Below are positions 1 through 17,777 of a stretch of DNA of 64,000 nt, one piece after another. Made by a program: the position numbers and the translations under genes. The notes beneath the pieces are model-generated. The model ran no database searches. It was not told the DNA's origin and saw only the letters and a program-made list of their open reading frames with translations. The stretch is from the human T2T-CHM13v2.0 reference genome, Homo sapiens, in assembly GCF_009914755.1 (NCBI RefSeq), contig NC_060931.1. One strand, given 5' to 3'. Within the stretch, counting starts at the first letter, position 1, and each line of letters opens with the position of its first letter.

Positions 1-230
1 TGTTTTTTAGTTATTGAATTTTGAGAGTTATAAAGCTATTCTGGATATAGTTTATCAGATATGTGATTTGCAAATATTTTGTCCCAATCTGTGGCTTGTC
101 TTTTTCTTTTCTTAGCAGTGTCTTTCAAGGAGGAGAAGTTTTAAATTTTGATAGAATCCCATTTACCATTTTTTTCTTTAATGAAATTGTGCTTTTGATA
201 TGATGTCTAAGATACCTTCACCTAACACTT
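1..230 (-). mobile_element. Old L1 (L1M-type) fragment
   Basis: Typical antisense L1 text: ttctggatat...ttatcagatatgtgatttgcaaatatttt...cccaatctgtggcttgtctttt. Confidence 0.7.
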
Positions 231-234
231 TACT

Positions 235-532
235 TTTTTTTTTTCTTTCTTTCTTTTTTGAGGCAGGGTCTCAGTGTGTCACCAGGCTGGAGTGCAATGG
301 TGCAATCACAGCTCACTGCAGCCTTGAACTCTGCAGTCTCAGGCAGTTCTCCCACCTCAGCCTCCTGAGTAGCTGGGACTATAGGCGCGTGCCACCATGC
401 CCAGCTAATTTTTAAAAAAATTTTCTTCGTAGAGGCAAGGTCTCTCTGTGATGCTCAGTTTCTCAAACTCCTGAGCTCAAGGGATGCTCTCGCCTCAGCC
501 TGGGATTACAGGCATAAGCTGCCATCCCCAGC
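235..532 (-). mobile_element. Alu (old, J-like)
   Basis: Poly-T followed by antisense Alu dimer consensus, highly diverged. Confidence 0.85.
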
Positions 533-1075
533 TCCTTGAAATGAGTTTTAAGAGGCCAAGTTACGATTTATTGTTGGAAAGGAATGGGATATGTGTTTAT
601 TCATGAAATACTGCCTGGGGCCTACTGTGTATACAGCCTTCTCCCAGGCACCATCTCATGCACACACGCCTGGTCTGGGAGGAACTTTGTTGCCATAGTA
701 GGAGGGAAAGGGCACGAAGGTGGTCGGGGGTGGCCAGGGCACCGCCCACTGCTGGATCTGGCTGCATTCGGGCCTCACCGCCAGTGCTAGGGCTAGCTGT
801 GCACTTGAGACGTGCTAGACAGCTGGAGTGGAAGTGTAGTCCTTGATTAGGACATCTTTAATATTCGATCAAGTTATGTGTTCGGGGAGCTACTGTGCTG
901 ATCCTGCACTGTGCATGGCTCATGGGTCTGCCTGAGGCGGGGATGTGTTCATGGAACTGGATTTAGATAAATGAGTTAATCAGGATGATTTCAAGAATCT
1001 TCACCTTAAGAATTGTCAGTGGGAATGCAGGGGAAAGTACAAGTGAACTAATTAAGGTTTTAAAATGTGTTTTAG

Positions 1076-1173
1076 TGGGTTTGGAGTCCCCGCCGCTGTC
1101 TGTGTCTGAGGAAAGACAGCTTGCTGTCCTGACAGAGTTGCCTTTTGTGGTTCCATTTGAGGAACGAGTAAAG
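1076..1173 (+). CDS. UBE3C: UBE3C internal coding exon, 98 bp (probably exon 16 of 23): (V)GLESPPLSVSEERQLAVLTELPFVVPFEERVK
   Basis: Acceptor tttag at 1071-1075, donor AAG|gtatgc. Phase 1 in, phase 0 out. Peptide matches the UBE3C pre-HECT region; exon number is from memory. Confidence 0.95.
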
Positions 1174-1461
1174 GTATGCAATTTGGCTTCTTTATTGTCA
1201 CTACGTATCATATTAGTGTTAAGAAATTAACACACACCCACCAGAGAAATCTCTAAAGGTGCCTAGTGCCTGGCTGATTACATAACATACTTTTCTCATT
1301 AGGCTGAAATAGCTAAGAATGATTTATAAAACCCAACCAGATACCTCTTTTTACAAACTGAAAGTATTTTCTTAGTTACAACTGATTGAAAGCCAGTAAC
1401 ACTATAGATTTCTTATAATGAGGGTCTAACGTCATTTTTCTCTATTAAATTTTGCATTATT

Positions 1462-1745
<284 letters not shown>

Positions 1746-1835
1746 GGGGAAGAAACTTTGCATTGTTTTTGAAAAAGCAAATTTTTTGTGAAGATATGCT
1801 TCTGTACATTCACGTTTATTTATCAGAAACGATGT

Positions 1836-2313
<478 letters not shown>

Positions 2314-2596
2314 CACTTTACTTTTTATAAAAAAAGAAATGGACAAATATCTTAATTCCTTGTCTGGTGTCTTTGATGTACTAAACTTTGTTTATATATG
2401 TTTCCAAATTTTAAAATGTTTTGTTTTTATTTGTCAACTATTTTTACCAAATTTCTAAAGATTACTTGGTTCCGTTCTTCAGTAATGGCTTCAAGAGTGT
2501 ATTTTTTAGGCCTATACACTCTATTTGCATGGTGAACAAAAGAGTTTCTTTTGAAGCTGTTCATGTCCCTTTACTAAACCCTCCCTGCACGTGCGT

Positions 2597-2660
2597 ACAC
2601 ACACACACACACACACTCTCTCTCTCTCTCTCTCTCCCACTCACTCACTCACTCACTCAC
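2597..2660. repeat. Compound microsatellite (AC)n(TC)n(ACTC)n
   Basis: Direct reading. Confidence 0.95.
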
Positions 2661-3229
2661 ATAATTCCTGAGCTCCCTCTACTGGATTTTTAACATCAAA
2701 AAATTATTTGAATTTTGTCAGAGATATTTCTACTAGTGTTAGTATACAGCTTTTTACAAAGCTGTTCTTTCCTCACTACCTAAGTTTTTATAAAGGATTT
2801 ATAAATGAAAATATTCTATCGCAAGGGGTTTAAATTTTAATTTTATTTTATTTTTGAGACAGAGATTCACTCTGTCACCCAGGCCTGAGTGCAGTGGCGC
2901 CTGCAACCTCTGCCTCCCGGGTTCACAAGATTCTCGTGCCTCAGCCTCCCAAGTAGCTGGGATTACAGGCATGAGCCAATGTGCCTGGCCGGATTTTTAA
3001 AATTTATTTTAAACTGGGCAAAGGAGCAGCTTTAGAAATACTTAAATATGATATACATTATATATTATCTATACATTTATTGATAAAAATCAAGATTTGA
3101 TACCTTGACTATTAGCATTTATTTCAGAATTTATGAAGATACAAAAGATAAGATTTAGCAGTTTATTCTTTGGTAGGTTGTAAGAGGTCTTTTGTTTCTA
3201 ATAACCTTACAGCTTTCCTTGTTTGTTAG

Positions 3230-3362
3230 ATCTTTCAGAGGTTGATTTATGCAGATAAGCAAGAAGTTCAAGGAGATGGTCCATTTCTGGATGGAATTAA
3301 TGTCACAATAAGAAGAAATTACATTTATGAAGATGCTTATGACAAACTTTCTCCAGAAAATG
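3230..3362 (+). CDS. UBE3C: UBE3C coding exon, 133 bp: IFQRLIYADKQEVQGDGPFLDGINVTIRRNYIYEDAYDKLSPEN
   Basis: Polypyrimidine tract + ttag|ATC, donor G|gtatat. Phase 0 to 1. Contains the HECT N-terminal 'IRR..I.EDAY..L' motif. Confidence 0.96.
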
Positions 3363-3489
3363 GTATATATAATTCTTTCTGTGTATTATTTGGCAGGTGG
3401 AGGCTAGGGAATTGTTTTAGAAAATGGTGGTTCTTTAAAAATTAGTGTCCATCATCTTGTTCCATAATGACTTAAAAACTGAAATGTGA

Positions 3490-3780
3490 GGCTGGGCATG
3501 GCAGCTCACACCTATAATCCCAGCACTTTGGGAGGCTGAGGTGAGAGGATTGCTTGTGCTCAGGAGTTAGAGGCCAGCCTGGGCAACATACTGAGACCCT
3601 GCCTCAACAACAAAAAAAGTGAGCTTATCTGGATGTGTTAGCGTGCCCCTGTTGTCCCTGCTCTGCAAAAGGCTGAGGCGGGAGGATGGCTTGAGCCTGG
3701 GAAGTGAAGGCTGCAGTCGAACTCTGATTGTGCTACTGCTCAGGCCTTGGCAGTAGAGCCAGACCCAGTCTCCAAAAAAA
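3490..3780 (+). mobile_element. Alu (J-like)
   Basis: Diverged Alu dimer with A tail. Confidence 0.87.
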
Positions 3781-5239
3781 AGTGTAGCAAGTCAGATTTG
3801 GGAGACATGTTATCAAGTAATATTTCTAAAATTGACAGTTACTACAACAGAAGCCTTTAAAAAATATTAATTATTTTTAAAGGGCAAGAAAGTAACCAGT
3901 TCCCCACCTCCTGTTGTCTGCCCCTAAAATTTAGTTTGCAAGCTGTTGTTCTAAAAATCTCGATGGTAGCCATTTATATTCTGCGTTTTTGTATAAATAT
4001 TTATATGAAATCACAAATTGTAAGCCAAATTAAACATATTAAAATAAGTGCCATTGCAATCCAAGTTTCTTATGAAAAGATAAGTGTGCTCCAATGACAC
4101 TGCCGTTAGTAAAGGAGAATTATACTGTGATAGCATTTGGAGCTCACTGGCACGTTTCGTCGTATGTTCATATTTGATACTCAGTCTTGAAAGTTCGTGT
4201 GCTATTAACCTCTAATATATTAGCAGTTTTAACTTCCAAATATTGTGCTTATGGTAATACATTAATTCCATGTTGGTCAGTGCCGAGGGGATTAAAATGA
4301 AAGTTTAGGCTGGATCTAAAATTAAAAATGAAATCATCTTACCCAGCTTTTGGAAGGTGATGAGTTGTCCAATGTGAAATGACAATTGCCTTTTCCTCTA
4401 GGGGAGCAACTTAATTTTCTTCTAAGGAAATGAAACCTGATTTCTAATAATTTTTATTGCTTACATAAAGAACTAATTTTATCATAATGTTGGAACAGTG
4501 GAGGAAAGCTGACATCAGTTGTTTCCTTACTCTATTTCAAGCTTTTTTTTTTTTTTTACACAATTTACCGTTGCCATTGAATCCTTGCCATGGCCCTCTG
4601 ATGCCGAGTGTCATCAGCTGAGACCGAGTAAACTTAGGTCTGCATGCAGGCTGTGGCCTCTCCGCAGGGCCAGGTTTGTCTTGCCTAGCAGATTGTGTTT
4701 TCAGAGTATTTGGTGTGAATGAGATGAGACTAGGTACTTTGACTCCTAATCTAACTAATCGTCTAATTGAGAGATGTTTTGGGGTCCCACAGTACCTTAT
4801 AAATCAATTCTAATAGTTCTTACATTGTATTTTTATTAGCAGATTTCACGTTCATCTCTCCCACTTGACCCTGGAGGTCTTTACAGCTTGGGATGGAATT
4901 GTTTATTTGGTGTACACAGCTGATGCTCAGTAGATGCTTATTCAATTTGTGATTGAATCCCAGGGGAAAAAAATAGATGTGACAAAACAATGAGTTTGCC
5001 AATGATCGTGTAGTGTTTAGAGAAGAGTGAGATGTTTAACCTTGAAGGGCCTTCCAAGAGGCAGTTCTGGAGCAGCACCTGTAGGGGAGGAGCTGAGTTT
5101 GTGGGTGAGGGGAGCTCCGAGGGCACGGGTGCTGTGGTCAGGGGTACTTGCAAGTGGGGGGGCTGTAAGCTCTTCAGCCAGAGTAGAATGCGTTTCTTAC
5201 TTACCAGCAATTTAAAATTAACTTTAAAACTACTCCCTG

Positions 5240-5578
<339 letters not shown>

Positions 5579-7101
5579 TTATAACAAGCCTCAAATTTCC
5601 TAATGAATCCTTAAGCTTTAAAAATTGTTAAAAAACTGATCACACCCACCTCCCTAGGGGCATGCTAATAATTGCATTCAAGTTAAAAGATTTGGAAGAA
5701 TCTTCTCATATTGTTTATACTGTAATGCTTGAAATCTTTATAAATGTTCTCAACTCAAATACTGTAAGAATGATTAAGCCATGTGTTAAAATGTGGTGTT
5801 TTGCTACGCAAATTAGTAAAGTCAGATATCATCTCAGAATAATTAATTTACTTGTGAGAGAATGGTTTGAGGTGCATTTTTGACTAAAAATTTACATATA
5901 ATCAACTAATGTGATTATTCCACGTGTCATCTAGTCATTGAAGTGAATCCATGCTTTACGATGCTCGTTGTCTTATCTCCGAACGATTCTCTGCAGTGTG
6001 CATGTTAGCCCCTGTTACCCATAAGTTGACTGAGTGGAATGCAGAGATTGATGGCTGTTCCTGCAGTTGGTGCTCAGAGAGCAAAGATGGGCTGGGGTTC
6101 CACAGGGATGCCCACGCACTCCCAGCCTGCACTGCACTACCTTGTTGCAGTGTGGAATATTGGGAGAAACCGTCACATTCCCTCATGGGATTGCTGTAAG
6201 AATTGTAAAGTGGGTAACAAAGTTCCCTCGGGGCCTGGAGCTCACTCTGTCATTGACTCTTGGGTGAGAGTGAGGCACAGCTGGCTCTGCACTCTGCTGT
6301 CATCAGTTCTGGAGAGCCTCACTTGTCTGCTTTTGTTGGTTGGTTACTTTTATTTTATTTCATTTAATGGGCAGAATTACCATTTCTTCCTGAAGCAGAG
6401 GAAATTTATTCCAGAAGCAGGAAAGCAAGCTGGAGCCAAATGGCTTAGATGTGTTTACCTGATTCCCAAGGGTGACACGGACACTGACCCAGAGGTGGCG
6501 GGCACGGCAGGGCAGCACTGCATCCCTGCTGCTGTGCAGAGTGACCCCATCTTGTCCATTCAGTCAGCGACCACTGCTCAGTGAATGGGAACTTGGTATT
6601 TCTGTGTGGTGGCTGTAAGCCTCAGTCAGTCCAGTAAATTGTATTTGCCCTATTTGACACATATCATAGACTATTTACACTCCAGGTACGGTAACTTCAA
6701 AATTACTGACACGTGTACATAGCAATCTAGGGATAGACAGGGTTTTGAGGAGATTGCATGGAGGCTCTATCAAACATTCTGCTAAACCCCTTTTCCAGAA
6801 TGCTTCTAGAGGTTACATGTCCCTTGAGATGCTCCAGGGCAGATATGTTTGGGTGACTATGCACCAAAGCCAACAGAGGGCAGCAGCGCATGGGGCCTGT
6901 GAAAGTGTCGAATGTACACTACGTGCGGTTGCTTTCCCCTGACTTCATGCAGCAGCCTGTCCCCAACTCTCGTCCCCTCTCCTTCCCCCTATCTTTTCTG
7001 CAAAGCACCTGTAGAACATTCTTAGGGAAAGATAAAGGACATTTCACTTACTTCCCCAAAGCTGTTCTCTGATTCAGCCTGTTTATCAGAGCACATCTTA
7101 A

Positions 7102-8049
<948 letters not shown>

Positions 8050-8119
8050 TAGCAAATTATATAACCAGTAATTTTCCCCCCTTTTCAGCCAAATACAGCT
8101 TTTAAAAGATCACGTAGAT

Positions 8120-8639
<520 letters not shown>

Positions 8640-8905
8640 CTGTAGATTCTGGAGGACCAATTCCCTGAGAGTTTGTGGGGGCGGAGGTTGCAGTGAGCCG
8701 AGATCGTGCCACTGCACTCCAGCCTGGGTGACGGAGCAAGACTCTGTCTCAAAAAATAATGATAATATCATTGCTGTTTTGAGTCCTATGTTAAAATGTC
8801 CCTAAGATCCTCACACCCCTTCCTTAAGCCTTCCTGTAAGGCTAGTTGATGTTATTGCTTGCTTGTAACATCTTTCCTCCTCACCCTCCCATTTTTTTTT
8901 AACAG

Positions 8906-9153
8906 AGCCTGATTTGAAAAAGCGGATCCGTGTGCACTTGCTCAATGCCCATGGCCTGGATGAAGCTGGCATTGATGGTGGTGGTATTTTCAGAGAGTTT
9001 TTAAATGAACTACTGAAGTCAGGATTTAACCCCAACCAGGGGTTCTTTAAGACTACTAATGAAGGGCTTCTGTACCCCAACCCGGCTGCTCAGATGCTTG
9101 TGGGAGATTCTTTTGCCAGACATTACTACTTCCTAGGCAGAATGCTTGGAAAG
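8906..9153 (+). CDS. UBE3C: UBE3C coding exon, 248 bp: EPDLKKRIRV...EAGIDGGGIFREFL...LYPNP...YYFLGRMLGK (HECT N-lobe)
   Basis: aacag|AG acceptor, AAG|gtaaag donor. Phase 1 to 0. Canonical HECT 'E.G.D.GG..RE' motif. Confidence 0.97.
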
Positions 9154-9321
9154 GTAAAGTAACCTTCATATAAAAATAGACCTCGGACCAAAAGATGTTG
9201 ACATTTTATGTTTATGTGTGGTTGTTATCCAGGTTTACCATAAAATACTGTTTGTTTTAAATTTGGATGCTAAATGTTGCAAAAGCACTGCACGAAACAA
9301 ATTTGTATGGTTGTAAGTAGG

Positions 9322-9679
9322 TGCTATGGTTTGAATGTCCCCTCCAAACTCATGTTGAAACTTGATCCCCAGTGTGCCAGTATTCAGAGGTGGAATCTTT
9401 AAGAGGTGATTAGATCATGTGAGCTCGGCCGTCATGAATGGATGAGTGGTTTATTGTGGGAAGGGCCCTGGTGACTTTTTACAGGAGGGAGCCCCTAGCT
9501 TTGTGATGCCCTGTGCCGCCTCCGGACTCTGCAGAGTCCCCACCAATGAGAAGACCTCAGCAGGGGCTGCCTCTGGACCATGGGCTCCTGGCCTTCCAGC
9601 TATAAGAAATGGATTTCAGTTTTTATTAATTACTCAGTTTCGGGTCTTCTGTTATAAGCAGTCAAAACGGACTAAGACA
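9322..9679 (+). mobile_element. MST-type MaLR solo LTR
   Basis: TGCTATGGTTTGAATGT...GGACTAAGACA termini; 5-bp TSD gtagg/gtaag. Confidence 0.85.
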
Positions 9680-9699
9680 GTAAGTTACTGCCTAGTGAC

Positions 9700-10125
9700 T
9701 ATTAGTTTAATAGGACTGCCGCAACAAATTACCACACTCTTTGGGGGGGAGGGAGGCTTAGAAAAACTGAAATTTATTATTTGACAGTTCTGGAGGCTGG
9801 AAGTCCAAACTCAGGGTGTCAGCAGCAGCATAGATTCCTTTTTAGAGGCTCTAGAAGAATCCATTCTTCTGGTTTTGCCAGTAGCCCTTGACCTTTTTTG
9901 GCTTGTAGATTCATCATTTTGATCTCTGCCTCTGTGGACTTCTCCCTGAGTGTCTCTGTCCAACATTGCCTTATTTTTTTTAATAAGGACACCTGTCATT
10001 GTATTGGGGTCTTCCCTGATCCAGTGTAACTTCATCTTAATTTGGTTATCTGCAAATACCTCATTTCCAAAGAAGGTTATATTCACAGATTAGGATTTGA
10101 ATTTGTCTTTTGGGGGGACACAGCT
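9700..10125 (-). mobile_element. MLT1-type MaLR LTR
   Basis: aacaaattaccac...gaaatttatt...acagttctggaggctggaagtcc...tttccaaagaaggt MLT1 hallmarks. Confidence 0.75.
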
Positions 10126-10136
10126 CTACCTGTTAG

Positions 10137-10476
<340 letters not shown>

Positions 10477-10699
10477 TGTTATTCGCATTCTTAAATAAAT
10501 TAGAAATTAATGTTGCTATTGTGATTAATTTCTGTAAGAATCAGAGCTATAATCATTTTCAACTTTGTAATAAAATTTCTTTGTCTCATTGGTGGTTCTG
10601 TTTTCCGAGAAGCATAGTGCATGGAGTCGCCTGTTTTGAGAAGCAGCTTAATTGAAAAATCAGTGCCTGCAAAACAGGTGGTGCTTTTAGGACTTCTTT

Positions 10700-12300
10700 T
10701 ACATAACAGTTTTATTAAAATATAACTCACATTATGGAAAATTGAACCTTTTAAAGTGTACAGTTCAGTGGTTTTTAATATATTCACTGTGTTATGTGAC
10801 CATCACCAATATCAAACTTGGAAGCAATGTCATCATCCCAAAAAGGAAACGCTAGGTAGTCACTCCCTATCCTGCCCTTCCTCCCCCAGCCCTGGCCAAC
10901 CACTAGTCTACTTTCAGTCTGTATGGATTTTTTTTTTTCTAGACATTTCATATAAGTGGAATCATTTGTTATATCAACTATAAATTTGTGACCTTTTGTG
11001 ATTGGCTTCTTTGATTTAGCATGTTTTCAGGTTTCATTCATGTCGTAGTATGTCAGAGCTTCACTCATTTGAAGGGCCAAATCTTATTTCATTGTATGGA
11101 TATACCACACTTTGGGGTTTGTTTTTTTCATTTTGAAACAGGTCTTTCTCTGCCACCTAGGCTGGAGTGCACTGCTACAAACGCGGCTCAGTCCTGCGCT
11201 TAAGGAGGCCTCCTGCTTTCAGCCTCCCGAGTAGCTGGGACCACCGTTGCTTGCTACCACACCTGGCTAATTATTTCATTTTATCGTAGAGGCAGGGTCT
11301 TGCCATGTTGCCCAGGCTGGTCTTGAACTCCTGGCGTCAAGCAATCCTCCTGCCTCAACCTCTCAAAAGGCTAGAATTACAGGTGTGAGCCACCACACCC
11401 AGTCACCGCATTTTGTTTACTTACTCATCCCAGGCTGGAGTGCAGTGGTGCATTTGCATTGGGAATTTGCATTGTTTCCACCTTTTAGCTATTGTGAATA
11501 ATGTTACTGCAAACATTTGTATACAAGCTGTTATTTGGACATAGGTTTTTTGTTTTTCTTGGGCATATACCTAGACATGGAAGTGTTAGGTCATACAGTA
11601 CTCCACGTCAAAGTGTCTGCAACCTTTTACAATCCCACCAACAATTTGTGAAGGTTTCAGTGACTCCACATCGTTGTCAGCACTTACTTAGTGTTGTCTT
11701 TTTCATTACAGCCATTCTAGTGGGTGGGAATTGGTATCTCATTGTGGTTTTAATTTCCCTGGTAACTAATAATGTTGACCGTCTTTTCATGTGCTTCATG
11801 ACTTCTGTTGAGAAATGTCTATTCAAGTCCATTGCCTATTTTTTTATTGGATTGTCTTTTATTATTAAGTCCCTGCAATGCAATGAATTATGAAATTTAT
11901 ATTCTCTGAGGAAGCTGAAACATTGTCAGATAAATGATTTGCAAGTATTTTCTTCCTTCTCTGGATTGTCTCTTCACTTTCATGATGATTTCCTTTGAAG
12001 AACGAACATTTTTAATTTTGAAGTCTAACGTGTTTTTTTCTTTTATTGCTTGTTTTTGATGTCTTATCCATTCCCTGACCTAAAATCACAAAGATTTACA
12101 CCTGTATGTTCTTCTGACGGTGTTGTAGTTTTAGCTCTTACATTTTGGTCTTTGATCCTTTTTGAGTTAATTTTTGTAGATTGTATGAGTTAGGCATCCT
12201 CATATTCTTGGCACCCTTGTTGAAAATTAGTTGACCGTACACGTAACACTCTGGGTCTGCCCTTATGCAATATGGTCTTGATTACTGTAGCTTTGCAGTA
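10700..12300 (-). mobile_element. Old L1 (L1M) 3' region, interrupted by an antisense Alu (~11122-11403)
   Basis: Antisense L1 motifs: aagtgtacagttcagtggttttta, cattctagtgggtg..tggtatctcattgtggtttt, gagaaatgtctattcaagtcc. Confidence 0.8.
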
Positions 12301-12738
12301 TGGGGTGTGTGGATTTATTAATAGCAGATGGGAGTAGAACCGCAGCCTTGTTAAGCAGGGATAATGGGAAGGAATCAGTCTATCCTGGATATAGAATAAT
12401 TCCCCTTTATTTGTGTCTCTTTGAAATGCATTGTCGTAGCCCCAGTTATTTCTTTGTTCAGACTCCCAGTGATTTTAAGTGCTCTTCAGGTTTGAGAAAG
12501 GACTCCAACCTGACTTCACTACCGTAACGGTATGTGTTATATCATCATCTTCAGGCTCACCGTATTTCAGGTAGCAGATTTCAGGTGTTGATTTGATGTT
12601 GATTTGTGAGTTGGCTTTGGTGGCAGTTTTCAGATAGCATCTCTCTCTTTGTTGATGGTCACACAGCCTACTTCTCAGTTTCAGCTTCCCCTGGAGGATG
12701 TACATTTCATAATTCATTGTATGAAAATCTTTACAATG

Positions 12739-13046
12739 GGCCAGGCATGGTGGATCACACCTGTAATCCCAGCACTTTGGGAGGCCTAGGCAGGCGGATC
12801 ACTTGAGGTCGGGAGCTCGAGACCAGCCTGACCAACATGGAGAAACCCCGTCTCTACTAAAAATACAAAATTAGCTGGGCGTGGTGGCGCATGCCTTTAA
12901 TCCCAGCTACTCCAGAGGCTGAGGCAGGATAATCGCTTGAACCTGGAGGCGGAGGTTGTGGTGAGCCAAGGCCTTACCATTGCACTCCAGCCTGGCAACA
13001 AGAGCAAAACTCTGTCTCAAATTAAAAAAAAGAAAAGAAAAGAAAA
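12739..13046 (+). mobile_element. Alu (S-type) with TSD GAAAATCTTTACAATG
   Basis: Full dimer; TSD on both flanks. Confidence 0.93.
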
Positions 13047-14534
13047 TCTTTACAATGAAATCCCTTAGTTCTTTCTGTTAAAGTGAGCCCAAGAACCTTC
13101 TAACTTAATATATATGTGAAAATAAAGGTGAGTGTTCTGCTAGACTAACCTGAAATACTCTAAACTTGGTGGTTTTTACACAGTACAGTCACAGAAGATA
13201 GAGCAATAATTTTACCTGCATGAATTAAATCTTAAGATTATATATTACTTTTTCTTCCTGAATGTATAAATCATCCAGTCTTGATTAATGTAGAAGCTAA
13301 TAGTTATGTAAGTCTGGTGAGGATAAACTCATTTCTCCTCTGTTTATTGACATATTGCTTATAATTGAAATTATTCTGAAGATGATGTCATTGTACAGTT
13401 CTGTACTTTGGAATATGTATATATTTACAGAAGATCCAGGGAAGAGAATTTGTGATTTTAAACCTTTCTCCCACAAATGAAGTTTATGTAAGTTATATCT
13501 TATTAAGGCTGTTTAAAATAATAAAGTTTAGACCAATAACAAAACTAAGAGTAATTTGAGGATGGTAGTTAACTTAGTTTCACATATTTAAGACTTCCCT
13601 TACATTACTCTCTGTGTGGAAATTCCTAAGGGGTTACTAACTTCCAAAACATATCTGATGACCATCTGATTACAGAGTTAAACTTTGTGCTAATGTGCTA
13701 ACCATTGCTCGGATCTAAGTAAGTGTCATAGTACAGCAGCTGATAGTGTGGCACCTGAACATTACATCTTCAAGAGAAGAAAACTGTATATTGATTGATT
13801 GTGATATTTATTGGGTCATAATGTATTTAAATTTTCTTTAATGCATATGTTAGTGATTGTTTACTGTGATAAAGTGCAAAGAGGTCTTCAAGAGTGATCC
13901 TGCAGAGGAAGAATTACCTCATGTCACTGGTCACTTCTCAATTAAAAGTTCCATTAGCAAATGATTCTTGCTTCTGGTGTGGGTCATGATTGCATTTTAT
14001 CGCCTGTAAATCAGGCTGCAGACAGGGAATAAATAAACAGCCCAAGGATGTGGTAATGTCATCTTGAACTTTTTTTTACAGATAGAAGCACCTAGGTCCA
14101 TTTAAGCCAATTAAGTTCAGAATATTTATTGAGGTTAATCCTTTATCATATTTGAATTCTATTTGAAAATGGCTTTTTTTCTTGCTTTAGGATATTGATT
14201 TAATTGGGATGGCATGCCTATAAATCAGATTATTTGATATGATCTTGGTTATATATTTGAAAATTTCAATTAGATTGTATAACTTTGGCGTGGTTTATAA
14301 TTTTTTATCGTGGTAGAATTCAGTGTGCATTTAATGTATTCTGTAGTGTAATATTGGCACTTAACAGTTTATCTTGAGATTTTCAAAAGTTGGAAAGTTT
14401 CTTTTTCTCCATCATTAGCATCCTTTTGTAAAATGCTCACTGAATTTGCTGAGGCTTTAAACATCTAAATTGAGGTGAATACTAGTCATTTTGGTTGCCT
14501 TAGTCCTTAAAGGGGCAGAGCTTCTCTTGTATAA

Positions 14535-14930
<396 letters not shown>

Positions 14931-14988
14931 TAAAATGGGAGATGTATTCCTGAATTCAGTTGATTGCTGCACCTAAATAAGATTTCTC

Positions 14989-15335
<347 letters not shown>

Positions 15336-15593
15336 TTAAGTAGGTCTTGCTTACTATTGAGTTATTCCTTCCTTTTTATTTTTCTCATCACGCCCAAGCA
15401 ATAGTTAAACATCTGAAATTCATGAGAAGAATGGATCAGTATGGTATTGAGACCATTCTGTTTTTTCTGGGCCATGTTAATTTGTCACCATGAAGATTAG
15501 AAGCACACACTCTTGCTGGCCCCACTTAAAGTCTGCTGTTTATCTTTGGCTCTTATTTGTGCAATAAAGACAACAAATAATCTAAAAAATAGT

Positions 15594-15927
<334 letters not shown>

Positions 15928-16199
15928 TCAATTTAATTTAGATTTAGATTTAGCAAATGTAACTTTATGAAATAAAAGCCAAATGAAGGTATATGGTGTT
16001 AATTTTATTGTTTCTAAACTTAAAATCAGCTTTGAGAGGCGGCAGTAAGTAGAGTGGTGGAGGTCACGCTCTGGAGTAAGACAGGCCAGTGGGGACTCCT
16101 GGCGTCACCAACAGAGGGCAGCAGAATCCGGCCTGTGTTGTCGTGGGCCTCCTTGGCTTTGGTGTAAGTAGCTAGCATTGGTCAAGCACTCAAGCTGGG

Positions 16200-16890
16200 A
16201 GACCGGATGGAGTGTCACATCGTTCAGGTGGAGTGATGCTGCTGCCCATGTCCCGGTGGTAGTGCTGGTAAGAAGTCATCATATTCAAGGAGATTTGCTG
16301 ATGAATGAGATGTTGGGATGTGTGAGGACAGGAGAAGGTAAGGGAACCACCTGGGTTCTGTTATGAGAACTAGAAGGATGGAGGTCATGCTGACTAAGCT
16401 GGGGAAGGTGCGGGCAGGAGCAGGTGTGGAGAGGGAGGCATTCTTATGGAGGCTTAGTGAGGGGCAGTTGAGGATAGGGGCCTCAAGTTAGAGGCAGTAT
16501 CTGGGCTGAGCCATCAGCATTCCCAGGGTCCTTAAGGTCATGAGCCTGAATTAGATCACCCAGGGTGTAGGTGTCACTGGAGAAGAGAAGAGATGAAGAA
16601 CTGAGCCCCAGGGCTCTCCAAGGTTTAGAGTCCAGAGAGTAGAGAATTGACTAATAGAAGTTCAGGAGATGAAGCTGGAAAGGAAGGGAGAAAACCAGAG
16701 AAGTGGGATTTCAGGTGCCAAATAAAGACAGTGTTTGAAAGGAAGAGAAAGGTGGGTATTGTGTGATGGTACTGTTAGACCAAGTAAGGTTTAGCACTGA
16801 GAAGTGGCCATGTCATTTAGCACTCTGGACAAGTGATTTCTGTGGCGTGGTGAAGGCAAAAACCTCAGCAGATGGGCTGAAAAGAATGTC
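16200..16890 (-). mobile_element. Probable L2 fragment
   Basis: Purine-rich degenerate antisense L2-like text (ggagatttgctgatga..., tcatgagcctgaattagatcacccaggg, gaactgagcccc). Confidence 0.55.
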
Positions 16891-17777
16891 AGGATTATCT
16901 TCCTAAAGCATCATATTAAAGCTGAAAATATCCACATCATATCACAAGAGAAATGTGTACCTATTCATTAGAATACATGTGAAAGAATGTTTATGGTAAC
17001 ACTGTATAGCCCCTAAACTGGAAACTACAAAAATGTCCTTCGAAAGCATAATGATAATAAATAAATTGTAGGATATTCACAAGACTTACTGAATGAACAG
17101 ACTACAGCTACTCAAAATGGTATGAGTGAACGGCACAGACCTAACATTGAGTTGAAGAATCCAGACACACAAAAGTACATTTTGTCAGATTTCATTTATG
17201 GAAGTTCAGAAACAAGCAAAGCTCCTTGCAGTTTTTGGAAGGCAGGATCCTGATGCTCCTGGGAGGGTAACACTGGAAGGGGGTGCAGGGGGCTTCCAAG
17301 GTGCTAGGCATTTTCTGCGCTGTGGACTAAGTGCTTTTCCATAAGTGTGTTCACTGGGTAAAAATGGATGGAACCACAGGGTTGTGATTAGGGCACTCTG
17401 CAGCAGTAGACTTCAGAGCAGTTACAAGAGGAAGGATCGGAGAAGAATTGGGGGACTGGTTATCAAGAAAACTTGAGCAGCCGCTTAAGGGATATGGGGC
17501 TAGGAAAGCTGTGTTCTAAAGATGGGAGAAATAACAGCATGTGTATTTGCTGCTGGAAATAAGTCAGTGGAATTGCTGAGGGAGAGAGGAACCACACCCT
17601 GCAAAGTGAGGGTGTGGGGTCTGGTGCTGAAGCAGGGGGCGCCACAGGCTGCGTGTCCAAGAAGAGGTAGAGGAACACTGGGTGCAGCTGCATGAGCTGG
17701 GGAGCAGGAGCTCATTCTGACTGCATCCCACTGTTGCTGCTTTCTGGGTGATGCAGCAGAGAGCAAGGATGGGAAGA

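Noticed and set aside
11501-11893. 130-aa hydrophobic ORF resembling a membrane protein
   Set aside because: It lies on the T-rich antisense strand of an old L1 fragment, which explains the hydrophobic codon bias.
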